This document shows positions 8,235 through 18,460 of a DNA stretch of 64,000 nt, one piece after another. The position numbers were made by a program, and so were the translations under genes. Under the pieces are notes generated by a model. The model was given only the letters and a program-made list of their open reading frames with translations. It did not search any database and was not told the DNA's origin. The stretch is from a virus, in the IMG/VR virus record IMGVR_UViG_3300022752_000001, positions 8,270-72,269 of that record; one strand, 5' to 3'. How positions within the stretch are numbered: the first letter of the stretch is position 1; each line of letters begins with the position of its first letter.

Positions 8235-8849
8235 TCAATATCTTAGAGCCACTGGAGAGTGATAATATATATTTGCAAGTGTTACGGAGTTAAGATTTGA
8301 GGGTAGTCCGGAAGTTTGCCCAATAACCCCAACATGACCCATACTTGCGCCAGCAATTGCGGAATTGTTAAGTGAACCAAAGACTGGCTCGTTCTTTGCA
8401 AAATTGCTTCCGACAGTTCCGGCTCCAGTAGTTGCGATAAAAACAATCGAGGCAATGTACCAACCTTTTGAGTATGCAGAAGACATTGTCTGAGTTTTAG
8501 ATGGGTTCATATAAGTCGATGTGTTATCGACAATTGTTACTGAGTCCACTAGCGTCGAGTCGTAAAGGCTCGAGCCGACGCGATACATTCCCCACACTGC
8601 AGTAATTGAATTGCCGCTTTGCCCATAACCATTAGCAGCGTAGAAGCCCTTCATTTCTAAAGAATTGGATGGAACGTCGTATTTTATGTAAAATGGAAAC
8701 AGAGTCATTGTCCCAAGAATTGAAGAATAGGCTATGGAACCCCCTCCTCCATAGTAATCCCAACAACCATCTGGAGCCCAAGTTCGCTTATTACTTGCGT
8801 TGTACTCGGAAATTGGAAAAGGCGGACGAACTGGTGCTTTTTGAAGCAT
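8235..8849 (-). CDS. Hypothetical beta-rich virion/fibre accessory protein
   Basis: ATG 8849 directly after the fibre gene stop; Ser/Thr/Gly/Tyr-rich. Confidence 0.6.
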   Translation of the reverse strand: MLQKAPVRPPFPISEYNASNKRTWAPDGCWDYYGGGGSIAYSSILGTMTLFPFYIKYDVPSNSLEMKGFYAANGYGQSGNSITAVWGMYRVGSSLYDSTLVDSVTIVDNTSTYMNPSKTQTMSSAYSKGWYIASIVFIATTGAGTVGSNFAKNEPVFGSLNNSAIAGASMGHVGVIGQTSGLPSNLNSVTLANIYYHSPVALRY

Positions 8850-8854
8850 AGGTA

Positions 8855-10771
8855 TTAAACCACTTCGGTGACTCTGGCATTTCCAGCTGTAGCAAACACT
8901 GCCGTGTGAGCCAAAGAAGTTTGATTTGAAGGACATTCCCAGTAGTCGCCAGCGGACAGCCTAACCTGGTACGCGGTAGTTGTGCACGTTGCCCCAACTG
9001 AAACGTAAAGCGTGCCGGCTCCTTCGTTGAACACAGTTAGAGTTTTTCTATTTGCACTCGCTGCAACCAAAGAAGTGGACGCAGTTGTACTAGTAAAAGT
9101 GCTCTGAGTTACAGTTGCACCTTGAGAATTATTAATCGTTACCGTCCCGCTTACTGGTTGAGTGACCGAAGAACCATCAACTTTAACAGCTGTTGCATTC
9201 GCTCCCGTATTCGCAAGAGTTACTTGAAGCGGATTAGCAGATCCAACGGCAGTACCGCCTTGGTAAGTTTCAGCCTGAGTTTTAAGATTTGTTGCTGTTC
9301 CCTGAGAAACAATCGCACTAACCGTTGGTAAATTAGAGACGTACCCAATATCGACTCGTCCGTTTACTCGAGTTATCCCACCGGGATTAGCTCCCCCAAG
9401 CGAATACGTCGTGGTTTTATAAGAAACAAACTTATATTTCCAAGAACCGTATGCTGCTGGGGTAGTAATTCTAAAATATCTAAAAGTATTGTTTTGATTA
9501 ACATAAGGGTTTGGTTGAGTACAAGATACGATAAATCGACCATAATAGTTACTTCGCGTGCCTCCAAATAATTGACCGTAAACAGTACGATAACTATAGG
9601 CATCGGTTGAACTAGATGCGGGAATATCATAATAAACCCATGTATACTGCCCAGAAGTCCAGCCCGTGTTGTCAGGAGATCCGTCAATATACAAACCACC
9701 GTTTATGCCGGCTCCTTCAATAGTAACCACAACGTAATCGGCAGTTGTTCCTGCGTCAAAACTAGCTGTAGTCACCGCAGAGCCTGACAACGAAATAGCG
9801 CTAGCTGCGCCAACATTGACGACATAATCACCAATTGGTTGAGTTTCTTTTGTGTTTAAAGCCGTTCCCGCTGAAGCTCCTTGAACAGTGATTACATCAG
9901 ATGAGGGTGTCCCAGCAGTTCCAAGAGCTGGTTGTTTGGCTGCGGTCGAAGCGCCGGCTGGAAGTGGGAGTGAGGAAGCAGAAATTGGTTGAGTTACACC
10001 AGATCCATCGACTGGAATCCTACCGGAAACAAGAGCTGGAATCTTTGCGAGGAGGCTTGTCCAGTTTTGCATCCCACGTTTGATAAACGCAATTACTGAG
10101 AATGTTCCGGTATCTGTTGTAGCGGCGGAATCGCTGGTTCCCCCAATGTTGGCGTCCGTCACCGTGCCAGAGATGGGGAGGGGATTGTTTGGATTTACTA
10201 TTTTGTAATCGTTATCGTAATATCCCAACTGGACTCCATAAGGTGGTTCTGTCCCTCCGTCATCAGAGGCGATACCTCCTTGAGTATTAGTAAATGCATC
10301 TGAAGTTAAATTCGCCGTCACCGTACCAGAGATTGGCAGAGAAACTCCTCCATTAATACCCTGGACGCTAACAACGTTTGTAGACGGAGTTCCAGCAGTA
10401 CCGGTGGTAATATAAGTTACGTCCGCTCCAACTGAATCAACGATCTTTGTTTTGGCGTTTCCGCTGGTCATATCGTTGATTGTCAACCCGGCGTTGGTGA
10501 CGTTTACATTCTGGGTAGCTGGAAAAGTAACGCTGATGTTCTCTAGGGCTGCTAAGCTTGTGGCGTCTAGCCCAACGATTCCGCTGACCGGAATCGGATT
10601 TCCTGTGCTGTTTGTGACCTCAACTTCGTTACTGACTGTAACGGGACCCGTTATAGTGGTGGAGCCGGTCTTGGTATCAATGCTCTTCAAAAGACTATTA
10701 ATCTTCTGAAGAGACCTATTTGGAGCGTCCCCTATTTTGGGGTCATCGCCTTCTGGGTAGAAAGCGGGCAT
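8855..10771 (-). CDS. Fibre-like virion protein (possible head fibre or decoration)
   Basis: 638 aa, Thr/Ser/Ala/Gly-rich, with repeats NP(I/L)P(V/I)SG, VDGS.VTQP(I/V)S and GTAGTPS..V..VQG; lies between scaffold and capsid. Confidence 0.65.
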   Translation of the reverse strand: MPAFYPEGDDPKIGDAPNRSLQKINSLLKSIDTKTGSTTITGPVTVSNEVEVTNSTGNPIPVSGIVGLDATSLAALENISVTFPATQNVNVTNAGLTINDMTSGNAKTKIVDSVGADVTYITTGTAGTPSTNVVSVQGINGGVSLPISGTVTANLTSDAFTNTQGGIASDDGGTEPPYGVQLGYYDNDYKIVNPNNPLPISGTVTDANIGGTSDSAATTDTGTFSVIAFIKRGMQNWTSLLAKIPALVSGRIPVDGSGVTQPISASSLPLPAGASTAAKQPALGTAGTPSSDVITVQGASAGTALNTKETQPIGDYVVNVGAASAISLSGSAVTTASFDAGTTADYVVVTIEGAGINGGLYIDGSPDNTGWTSGQYTWVYYDIPASSSTDAYSYRTVYGQLFGGTRSNYYGRFIVSCTQPNPYVNQNNTFRYFRITTPAAYGSWKYKFVSYKTTTYSLGGANPGGITRVNGRVDIGYVSNLPTVSAIVSQGTATNLKTQAETYQGGTAVGSANPLQVTLANTGANATAVKVDGSSVTQPVSGTVTINNSQGATVTQSTFTSTTASTSLVAASANRKTLTVFNEGAGTLYVSVGATCTTTAYQVRLSAGDYWECPSNQTSLAHTAVFATAGNARVTEVV

Positions 10772-10778
10772 GAGTTAC

Positions 10779-12011
10779 TTACCTCAGCCCTTTTTCAAGT
10801 GCGTCCAAAAAGCTTACGTCGGAAGCAAGTTCAGGAGAACCAGTCTTGGCGTCGCCACTACCAGCTCCAGGAGTGGCAGCACGATACTCACCTAAAGCTT
10901 TTTTAAGTCCGGCAATCTCGCCCTGACTTTTTTTCACGTAACCCTGGAACAACTGAACCATAAGAGGCATTGCTACCGCTTGGTAGGTCAAGGCTGCCCG
11001 GGTTTCGGTATCCAAATCAGACTGCTCCACAAGCATGGCTTGTTCACGAAGTCCATCGACTCGAGCGTCCCACTCGGCATTGCCGGTCTTTTTGAGGATC
11101 GGCACTTCCTGAGTAAAGCGATTCCAAATCTCATTATAAGCTGTTGTTGTTTCTTCTTGAGCTTTCTTTTGAGCAAGCTCCTGCTGGCGGGTCTGTTCGG
11201 CTTGTTGAGCAAGCTCGCGCTTATTAATCTCTTGCATAGCCTTCTCGGCATTGGTGAGGATGACATCGCGTTTGTTGTAAAGCGCGTTGAGTTCATCCAC
11301 ACGACGACGGACATCAACGGCGTCAATCGGGTCAAGATTGGTAAGCATTTCTTTGACTGCTGCCCTGCGCTGAGCTGGATCGTTAATTGCGGCAGCTCGA
11401 ACCACGGCATCCGCATCCATTTCGTACAGCTTGGCCATCTCTTGAATGGTATTGGTGGCTTCACGAATGGGCGCATCAATCGCAACCTTGTACTGCTTGG
11501 TGGCTTGTACGCGGGCTACAGAAAGCTCGCTCTCGTACTCGTCTCGTTCGGCTTTGAGTGTCTCAAGTTCTTTGCGAAGAATATCAAGTTCAGGAGAAGT
11601 CTCCTCCCCGGAATCCTCAACCTTGGTCGTCTCCTTGTTAATTTTAGATTCAAGTGCGGCCAGCTTGGCTTTGGTGTCACGGAGTTCGGTCGTAACCTTT
11701 GCAAAGGCTGTTTGAGCAGACTTTGTAGCCTCTTTTGGTAATTCAGGAGTTGCTTCTTCCTTTGCGTCCTCGGGCTCTTTCCCAATCGCCTCGAGCACGT
11801 CATCCGGAATATCGAGCTTGTTCTCTAAAACCTTGGCGGGCGTTGCCTCTGCCTTCGACTCTGTTTTTGCGGGCTCAGCTTTAGCAACTTCAGGAGTTGC
11901 AACAGTTTTAGGTTCGGGAGTTTTTGGAGCCTCTGCTTGAGGAGCCGCGGGAGTATCCAACGCGACGTTTAATGCATCCAATAATCCAAGCTCAGGAGCG
12001 GGTGTGCTCAT
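10779..12011 (-). CDS. Capsid scaffolding protein
   Basis: Acidic, Pro/Ala-rich N-terminus and long coiled coils; positioned between portal and capsid. Confidence 0.65.
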   Translation of the reverse strand: MSTPAPELGLLDALNVALDTPAAPQAEAPKTPEPKTVATPEVAKAEPAKTESKAEATPAKVLENKLDIPDDVLEAIGKEPEDAKEEATPELPKEATKSAQTAFAKVTTELRDTKAKLAALESKINKETTKVEDSGEETSPELDILRKELETLKAERDEYESELSVARVQATKQYKVAIDAPIREATNTIQEMAKLYEMDADAVVRAAAINDPAQRRAAVKEMLTNLDPIDAVDVRRRVDELNALYNKRDVILTNAEKAMQEINKRELAQQAEQTRQQELAQKKAQEETTTAYNEIWNRFTQEVPILKKTGNAEWDARVDGLREQAMLVEQSDLDTETRAALTYQAVAMPLMVQLFQGYVKKSQGEIAGLKKALGEYRAATPGAGSGDAKTGSPELASDVSFLDALEKGLR

Positions 12012-12301
12012 TCGTTATTTTTTCCTTTGTTTTCAGTCCAGGGTTCCGGCAACACTGCCGGCTGCTCCGCCAAATTGGTCAGAGCCCCAAAGTTTCTGAG
12101 ACAGTCATAAAATCCTTCTCGACGTGCGTTTTGAAGAGCACCCCACAAAGCAATGTCCGCGCCTTGCGGAACGGGCATGGCTTTCGGTAGAGCAAAATCC
12201 ACAAGTACTTCAAATGCGCGCTCTAAAGCCGGTTGCTTTAAAAGTTCTCTTAGTTCAAGCTGAAGGTCTTCCCTTTTACGCCATTCGTCGATAGTCATCA
12301 T
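12008..12301 (-). CDS. Small portal-adjacent head assembly protein
   Basis: 97 aa helical protein immediately after the portal, a typical podophage arrangement. Confidence 0.55.
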   Translation of the reverse strand: MMTIDEWRKREDLQLELRELLKQPALERAFEVLVDFALPKAMPVPQGADIALWGALQNARREGFYDCLRNFGALTNLAEQPAVLPEPWTENKGKNNE

Positions 12302-12347
12302 ATATATCTTATTGACAGACTTGTGCCATTATGGCAAGCACAAAATA

Positions 12348-14558
12348 TTAGGAGTTTCTGATCTTGCTTGCGATTTCAGCATCGCGAAGCGCCATCTTCT
12401 GCTGGTGATCTGCCAACTTGATCTGCTGATCAACTTTGGCTTCTTCAACTTTCATCTGCATGGCAAGCTGATGATCTTGCAGTCTGGCCGCCATATTAGG
12501 GTCAACTCCGCCCTGCCCACCGCCATTCTTAGCCATAGCCTCTTGATGCTTTCGCATGTTCTCTTGTTGCGCTCTCATGTTGTTTTCCAAAGCCACGATA
12601 GCTTCACGCATAAGGTTGAGCATTTCATTGTATTGCCCAACCTCAACTTTCCGCGTGGGATCGCCAGCAATCTGCTGAAGGTGCATCATGGAGTGCTGGT
12701 AGTTAAGAGTCAGATAAGCCAAAGCCATATCTGGCTTGGCGATACCCTGTGAAGTGGCGTCGAGCATTCCGCGAGCATCGGCCAAGTGAACACGAATATG
12801 AACCGAGTGGTTTTCGGTAGGCATAACAGAAATAGGACGTCCGTCTTGGAACTGAGCGTTTTCGAGCTCGGCAATCTTGGCGTCCGTAGGTAGGCGTTCT
12901 TTGAGTTTCCCGGCCGGGAGATACCGATCGACCTGGTCGTAACCAACCCGGGCGGCAACACGGTCACGAATAAGATTCTGTTGACCCACTTCGTCAAACC
13001 GAGGAAGGAGTTGGATAAATTCGTTGAAGGCCAAGATACGAGCTCCGCTAGACCCATAACCAACAGCGCGGACGGGCGTGACATCGTAAACATCAATAAC
13101 CGCTTTCCAAGGCACGCCACGTTGTTCGAGTCTGGAGCGGAACTTCTGATAACCTTCATAACCGGCATCACCTGGCTGCCAAGTATCTTTCTGCAAACGC
13201 TTGAAACTTTCTTTAAGGAGCTTGCCCCAGGTCACATAAAACAAATTGATGCTGGCCGTGGTCAAAACAGACTCGTTTGCCAATTGAGCTTGAACTTCGG
13301 TTGCAGTTCTCTCTTTGCTGCCTTGCACTTGTTGGTGTGTTCGGTAGCTACCCGTATTAGCTTGGCGGGTCATGGAAAGTTCCTGAACAACCGGCATCAC
13401 GCTGTTGTTGAAATTCGGGAATGCGGTCGGAACTACCTCAAGATTCGGAGGAAGGAATGAAATAGGTCCTGCAAAAGCAAGAGACAAGCGACTCACGTCT
13501 TCAGCAGTCTTGGGTTGAAGAACCAAACTGGTCGACATCATCGAGCCGTCGACCATCGCACAACGAAGACGATTGCTTACCTGGATGTGGGGAAAGATTT
13601 TGTAACCCAAGCCACGGATTGAGTGGTAGGTGCCGTTCCCAACACCAAAAGTAAATAGGTTGAAAGCTTCAGAAGCTTTCTTGAATCGGCTCTCCTTCTT
13701 GTACAAAAAGTCGGTGTTTGATCCGTCGCGCAACCCAATGTAGTGACTGACCGTGCCGTCGTATTCACGTACGTAATAGTGGTTCACGCGAATCTCGCCG
13801 GCGCGAGCGTAGGAATAAAACAGATCGTTATTCTTAAATTCTTTTTCGAGCTCTTCCCAGCCTTGGTCGGCGGGGCGGTTTCCCTTGTGAAGCGCAGCCA
13901 GAGCCTTGCGAACTTCCTCCACATTCCAGCCAGCTTCTTTGGCGGCCTTGGGATTCTTGATGAAATTATAAAGTTCGTGAGCCAAGTAAACCCGGCGGGC
14001 TACGGCAAACTCAATACGATCTTCAGTGGCCTGTGTGCCGCGCGGAATAAGAAAATCGCCAATCCCGCAAACACGCCAGCGCCAGTCTTTATCGTTCTCA
14101 AAAAAGGTAACACCGAGCCCTTGGGAAATAAAGTGATGGGCCAGTAGTTGAAAATTAAAATGAAATTGATCCCATTCAACCAAAGTCCGGTGAAACTCCT
14201 CGGAGATTGCGCCTGCCCAATTCTGCCGTTCGCTCTCATCGCCGAACGTAGTCTTAACTTCGACTAGCTTCTCCACGCCGTTTACCAAATCGGTGTACGC
14301 GGCCAGGGCATTCTCAAGATCGGCCGCGGCTTCACCAAAGTTTAGGTTGGCGCGATACGCCTGCCCCATACTACGAAGCGTGTTCGGATTGTAGGGCGGA
14401 TCTCCATCGAACATCGCTTGGACCTTGCTGCGGTCCTGGTCAGCGTGCGCATCCGACTCTCTCAGCGTAGTATAAATACTGTGAGCCGACTTGGCGTCTT
14501 TAAGACGCGCCTTTGGCGGAGCTCCTGTTTCGCCGATATTTTCGAGTAAGATGTCCAC
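12348..14558 (-). CDS. Portal protein
   Basis: 736 aa after TerL; ERTATEV motif and Gln-rich coiled-coil C-terminal barrel. Confidence 0.8.
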   Translation of the reverse strand: MDILLENIGETGAPPKARLKDAKSAHSIYTTLRESDAHADQDRSKVQAMFDGDPPYNPNTLRSMGQAYRANLNFGEAAADLENALAAYTDLVNGVEKLVEVKTTFGDESERQNWAGAISEEFHRTLVEWDQFHFNFQLLAHHFISQGLGVTFFENDKDWRWRVCGIGDFLIPRGTQATEDRIEFAVARRVYLAHELYNFIKNPKAAKEAGWNVEEVRKALAALHKGNRPADQGWEELEKEFKNNDLFYSYARAGEIRVNHYYVREYDGTVSHYIGLRDGSNTDFLYKKESRFKKASEAFNLFTFGVGNGTYHSIRGLGYKIFPHIQVSNRLRCAMVDGSMMSTSLVLQPKTAEDVSRLSLAFAGPISFLPPNLEVVPTAFPNFNNSVMPVVQELSMTRQANTGSYRTHQQVQGSKERTATEVQAQLANESVLTTASINLFYVTWGKLLKESFKRLQKDTWQPGDAGYEGYQKFRSRLEQRGVPWKAVIDVYDVTPVRAVGYGSSGARILAFNEFIQLLPRFDEVGQQNLIRDRVAARVGYDQVDRYLPAGKLKERLPTDAKIAELENAQFQDGRPISVMPTENHSVHIRVHLADARGMLDATSQGIAKPDMALAYLTLNYQHSMMHLQQIAGDPTRKVEVGQYNEMLNLMREAIVALENNMRAQQENMRKHQEAMAKNGGGQGGVDPNMAARLQDHQLAMQMKVEEAKVDQQIKLADHQQKMALRDAEIASKIRNS

Positions 14559-14568
14559 GTGAACGACT

Positions 14569-14596
14569 ATTCTGTCTACTGTCAGTTAAAAGTCAA
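14569..14596 (-). promoter_or_regulatory. Promoter with operator upstream of the portal gene
   Basis: TTGACT-N16-CAGAAT; the spacer contains the ACTGACAGT palindrome. Confidence 0.5.
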
Positions 14597-16308
14597 TAAT
14601 TTAACACAGGGTCTTTGTTGGTGTCGATCACACGATCCAGCCGGCGAGCTTGCTCTTGCCAACCCCCGCTTTTCCTAGCCATCACGGTTCCTCCGGCCAT
14701 TGCGCCGACTCGTACTCGAATACACTCCAACCCAACAAAGGCTGCGTCCGCCAAATCGGGGCTCTTTCCTACCCGCGACTTGTAATCTCTCTTGGATTCT
14801 ACGACCAGCTTACCCCCGGCCATCGTGGTGTATTTCCTGCTGGTTAGTTCTCTAGCCAGCTCAGGAGTCACGCCCTTCAGCTGGCCTGACCGCATAAACT
14901 CAACGCCACCGAACCAAAGCTCGGTGACCTTGTTGCCGTATTTGTCCTTGGCCTCGACCATCGAGCTTGAGCTGATTGGCATAGTGCTAGGCTTTTCTCC
15001 AAACTTCACCCGCAGGATTCGTGGAGACCACGTCTCGGAGATAATATCGCAAAGCGGATCTCCTGCGCCGGTGGCGTCGACCGCCAGATATTCCGGGGGC
15101 ACGCCTTGCTTTTGACATTCGGCCATAACTTGACGAGCCACCTGAAAGTTTCTGGGCTGCGGATCGTTTACGTTCTCTCTGATGATAGTGAAATCTTTAA
15201 AGTTCACAGTAGGTCCAGCTTCCTCAGTCCGTCCGTACTCCAAGAAATACAGCACCGTTCTGTCTCCGCCGTTGGTAAACGAAGGATCAAGTCCAGCAAC
15301 TACCTTGGGCGGCTCAATCCACTTGGGGGCTTTATCCACCTCAAACTTGCGGAAGTCTGCTTCCGAGTAAATAGACTCCTCGGCTCCACCAGGAGCTGGG
15401 AAGGAACGGATGAATCGCCAAAAAGAAATACTGTGCTCGCCGTCGTGGTCTTCGGCGTGCCGTAGCTGTTTTGTTGTAAGCAGGAACGGCCAAGCGTCGT
15501 CATGTTCAAGGTTGGGCGTCTTGGCTCCGTCCAAGTGAAGGCATAAACCCAGCTTGGTCTTCCACTCCTCCTGATCTACCGTGACCGAGTTCCACCCGCC
15601 GACAGGGGTGGCAAACATACCAAACGGGTCGTACTGGCTGGAAAAGTTACCCAGGGCTATGCACTGGAACGTAGGGTTAGCGTTTAGATTGGAGATAGCT
15701 TCAAAGACCGAGTTGGTCACGTCGGTGGCCTCGTCGATGATAAGGAACACCCTCTGGTTCTTAAGACCGATAAGTTTGGCCGTGGCCTCCTTCTCTTTGT
15801 CAGGGCTAGACGGCACCAGGGTTATGGACGATCGGTCGCTGGACTCTCCTTCCGTCAAAATGATCTTACCCATGGAGTCGATCAATTTTCCCGGAAAGCC
15901 TGGAACCTGCAAAAATCGCTCACGAATGCCTCCCCAAAGGCGTTTGCGGGCTTCCCGGATAGATGTGCTGGTAACCAGAACAAGCGTCTCGTGAGGAGCA
16001 CACAACCAATTTACAAGCCCCCACATGGCGAAGGTGGCAGTCTTGCCACTGGACTTGGGGCCAGAGATAGCCAGGTAGTCCTGCTCGCAAGCCGCTTGGA
16101 TCATACGCTCTGCCCAGGGATGCCAACAGAACCCGGCTTTGTTTCGCGTCTTGTGATACGGCCAAAGAAGCTCTACAATGTTCTTGAAATGCTGAAACTT
16201 GCCCAAACCCCCCGTTTCGGGGGTCAGCCCAAGCTTGAAAGCCATAAGCTCAATTTCGAGTTTTCCGGCCCCATCTGGCCATACCTTTCCATACAAAGTC
16301 GTTGGCAT
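14593..16308 (-). CDS. terL: Terminase large subunit
   Basis: Walker A GPKSSGKT, Walker B LIIDEA, RNase H-like nuclease motifs GLDPS, VDATG and SPDLADA. Confidence 0.92.
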   Translation of the reverse strand: MPTTLYGKVWPDGAGKLEIELMAFKLGLTPETGGLGKFQHFKNIVELLWPYHKTRNKAGFCWHPWAERMIQAACEQDYLAISGPKSSGKTATFAMWGLVNWLCAPHETLVLVTSTSIREARKRLWGGIRERFLQVPGFPGKLIDSMGKIILTEGESSDRSSITLVPSSPDKEKEATAKLIGLKNQRVFLIIDEATDVTNSVFEAISNLNANPTFQCIALGNFSSQYDPFGMFATPVGGWNSVTVDQEEWKTKLGLCLHLDGAKTPNLEHDDAWPFLLTTKQLRHAEDHDGEHSISFWRFIRSFPAPGGAEESIYSEADFRKFEVDKAPKWIEPPKVVAGLDPSFTNGGDRTVLYFLEYGRTEEAGPTVNFKDFTIIRENVNDPQPRNFQVARQVMAECQKQGVPPEYLAVDATGAGDPLCDIISETWSPRILRVKFGEKPSTMPISSSSMVEAKDKYGNKVTELWFGGVEFMRSGQLKGVTPELARELTSRKYTTMAGGKLVVESKRDYKSRVGKSPDLADAAFVGLECIRVRVGAMAGGTVMARKSGGWQEQARRLDRVIDTNKDPVLNY

Positions 16309-16582
16309 CAGACATTAATTGTCAGTAATCGAGAATTTGTCAATACAAATTTTTAAGGGGTCATTCACTCAAGCTACTGTATTTCAACTACTTAAATTGG
16401 AGCCGGCTGTCGGATTTGAACCGACGACCAGCGGTTTACAAAACCATTGACTGTCAGTAACTTGTACACGATTTGTCTAGGCTTTTGTTGAGTAAAAACG
16501 ACTTACAGTTGACACTAATGACGGGCGAGCGGTCATAAAATGTACAACTTTTCCTTGACGACAGACATTAATTGTCAGTAAT
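16309..16582. repeat. 21-bp direct repeat flanking the attP core
   Basis: CAGACATTAATTGTCAGTAAT identical at 16309-16329 and 16562-16582. Confidence 0.9.
16398..16445 (-). mobile_element. attP core: 3' half of a host tRNA-Thr(UGU)
   Basis: Minus strand GGTTTTGTAAACCGCTGGTCGTCGGTTCAAATCCGACAGCCGGCTCCA contains the anticodon loop (TGT), T-arm, acceptor 3' strand and CCA. The 5' half is absent. It lies 150 bp from the integrase, with an IHF-like site at 16382-16395. Confidence 0.88.
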
Positions 16583-16595
16583 GTTTCGATTCAGC

Positions 16596-17822
16596 ATGAA
16601 AAAAGAATTTAAGCCGATCGAGATCCAAGATGGATTCGCCAATGTTAAAATATATCAGTGCGTCAACAATAAGAATTATTTGACGTACATGGTTACGTGG
16701 TGGGCCGAGGGGAAAAGACAACGTCGAGCAATTGCAGAACTTACCGAAGCAAAGCGCGAGGCTCGTAGAATTGCCAGAGACTTGGCTGACGGAAGAGCTT
16801 CGATGGTCGCCGTGTCAAATAAAGAGCTGATTTATTTTAGGGACCTAGAAAAAAAGATGGGCGGTACTCCCCTGAGTGAGGCAGTCAACCTGTGGTTGAG
16901 AACCAGTGATAACAAACTACCAAAGATCACGGTTAGTGAAATTTTGAAGGAAATGCTCAACATCAAGCTGAACGATACCTTTATTGAAAAGCGGCAGAAA
17001 CAAACTCTCCAGGTTCGTTGGGGTAAGTTTGAGAGGGTTTTTGGTGGCCGAGTTATCTCAACAATCAAGGCCAAGGAATTGGATTCATTCTTGGCCAACC
17101 CGGAATGGCAGCCAAGAACTCGACAGCACTACCGCGGAGCCATCAGCATGATTTTTGATTACGCCAAGAGGAAGGACTACTTGGAACCAGATAAGGATCA
17201 CCAAGCTGAAAAGACTGAAAGTATCCGGGTTAATGACGCTAAATTGGAAAGTTGGTCCGTCGAGGACATGCGTCTAATTTTAAAACACGCCCCAAAAAGG
17301 ATTATTCCATGGGTTGTTTTGGGTGCTTTTGCGGGGGTGAGATCGTCCGAAATAGAGAGAATGAACTGGGAAGACCTCGACTGGTCTAGCAATTTGATTT
17401 TAATTAAAGGAAAGCTTGTAGGTGGTTCTAAATCAAGAGCTAACAACGATAGAACTATTGCAATGACCGACAACCTAAAAGCTTGGCTTAGCCCTTTTAG
17501 GCTATATAAAGGAAATATACTTAAAAGTCTTGGATCAGGTGAAATTAATAAAGACCTGTATGCTTGGCTTGAAGATTTAATTCACAAAATACAAAAGGAA
17601 AAACCGCTTTTTACTTGGAAACAAAACGCAAATCGTCACAGCTTTGCTACCTACTACTTAGCTATGACAGGAGATGCTTCAACAACTGCACTGGCGATGG
17701 GCAATAGCCCGACAATGGTGCTGCGTAGGTACAAGACCATCCAGGTGGATGGGAAAACAGTGACCCGGACTATGGCGGAGAGGTACTTCGCAATTCTGCC
17801 GGGTCAAGGAGGAACAAATTAA
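16596..17822 (+). CDS. int: Tyrosine recombinase/integrase
   Basis: GVRSSE (Arg), NANRHSFATY (N replaces H in HxxR), MGNS and catalytic Tyr RRY; N-terminal arm-binding domain; promoter TTGACG-N18-TAATGT. Confidence 0.92.
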   Translation: MKKEFKPIEIQDGFANVKIYQCVNNKNYLTYMVTWWAEGKRQRRAIAELTEAKREARRIARDLADGRASMVAVSNKELIYFRDLEKKMGGTPLSEAVNLWLRTSDNKLPKITVSEILKEMLNIKLNDTFIEKRQKQTLQVRWGKFERVFGGRVISTIKAKELDSFLANPEWQPRTRQHYRGAISMIFDYAKRKDYLEPDKDHQAEKTESIRVNDAKLESWSVEDMRLILKHAPKRIIPWVVLGAFAGVRSSEIERMNWEDLDWSSNLILIKGKLVGGSKSRANNDRTIAMTDNLKAWLSPFRLYKGNILKSLGSGEINKDLYAWLEDLIHKIQKEKPLFTWKQNANRHSFATYYLAMTGDASTTALAMGNSPTMVLRRYKTIQVDGKTVTRTMAERYFAILPGQGGTN

Positions 17823-18012
17823 AGAACAGCAGGAGAGGAGTCACGAAAGATCGAGTAACCAAACAGTAAAAACAATAAGCTTACCCAAGCACATGGCAAA
17901 ATTCCTCGAAGAGGAAAGCCGGCGAATAGGGGTAAACAACGTTTCAGGATTGGTCAGAATGGTTTTGGCACAGTACATCGATGCGCAGGGTAGAAAAACG
18001 CTTAAGAGGTGA
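17818..18012 (+). CDS. Ribbon-helix-helix (CopG/Arc-like) DNA-binding protein with putative ATT start
   Basis: Manual translation KTISLPKHMAKFLEEESRRIGVNNVSGLVRMVLAQYI fits the RHH pattern; SD AAGGAGG lies 5 nt before ATT. Confidence 0.7.
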   Translation: MKEQQERSHERSSNQTVKTISLPKHMAKFLEEESRRIGVNNVSGLVRMVLAQYIDAQGRKTLKR

Positions 18013-18163
18013 CTTTGCACCAAAAAGATAAGACGGAGTAAGGATTAACATTAAAGAGTCATAAATGAAGTCTTATCAAAAAGAAGATTCCCGCAAAAAA
18101 CACATCTAGTTTTTAATTTGGATTGACTGCCGTAAGACGGCGTGTTTAGATGTAACACACCGT

Positions 18164-18460
18164 ATGAATCTAATATTGGAAGCTCAGTCTTTTAAAGTCG
18201 CAGTCACTCCTTCCAACAAACTTCACATTGTCGTTGAGAATGTAAATCCATCTGAAGTAAGCAAACAAATCCCAGAAAAGATTTACTCCGTAAAAGAAGC
18301 AGCCTCTCGGCTTCATGTTGGCGACCGCACAATTCGCCGTTACTTAAACAACAAACGTCATCCCCTCCCTCACTCGAAAGCTGGTGGAATTATCCGCATT
18401 TGTGAGTCGGATATCCAGGCGTGGCTCGCGAATGATAAATTCGGAGTCGCACGTGAATAG
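18164..18460 (+). CDS. Excisionase-like HTH DNA-binding protein
   Basis: YSVKEAASRLHVGDRTIRRY...GGIIRICESDIQAWL, an HTH_17/Xis pattern. Confidence 0.8.
   Translation: MNLILEAQSFKVAVTPSNKLHIVVENVNPSEVSKQIPEKIYSVKEAASRLHVGDRTIRRYLNNKRHPLPHSKAGGIIRICESDIQAWLANDKFGVARE

Noticed and set aside
16398-16445. Functional tRNA-Thr gene
   Set aside because: The D-arm and 5' acceptor strand are missing; it is an att core.
17841-18023. 60-aa minus-strand ORF from the track
   Set aside because: The plus-strand RHH frame with a strong SD explains the region better.
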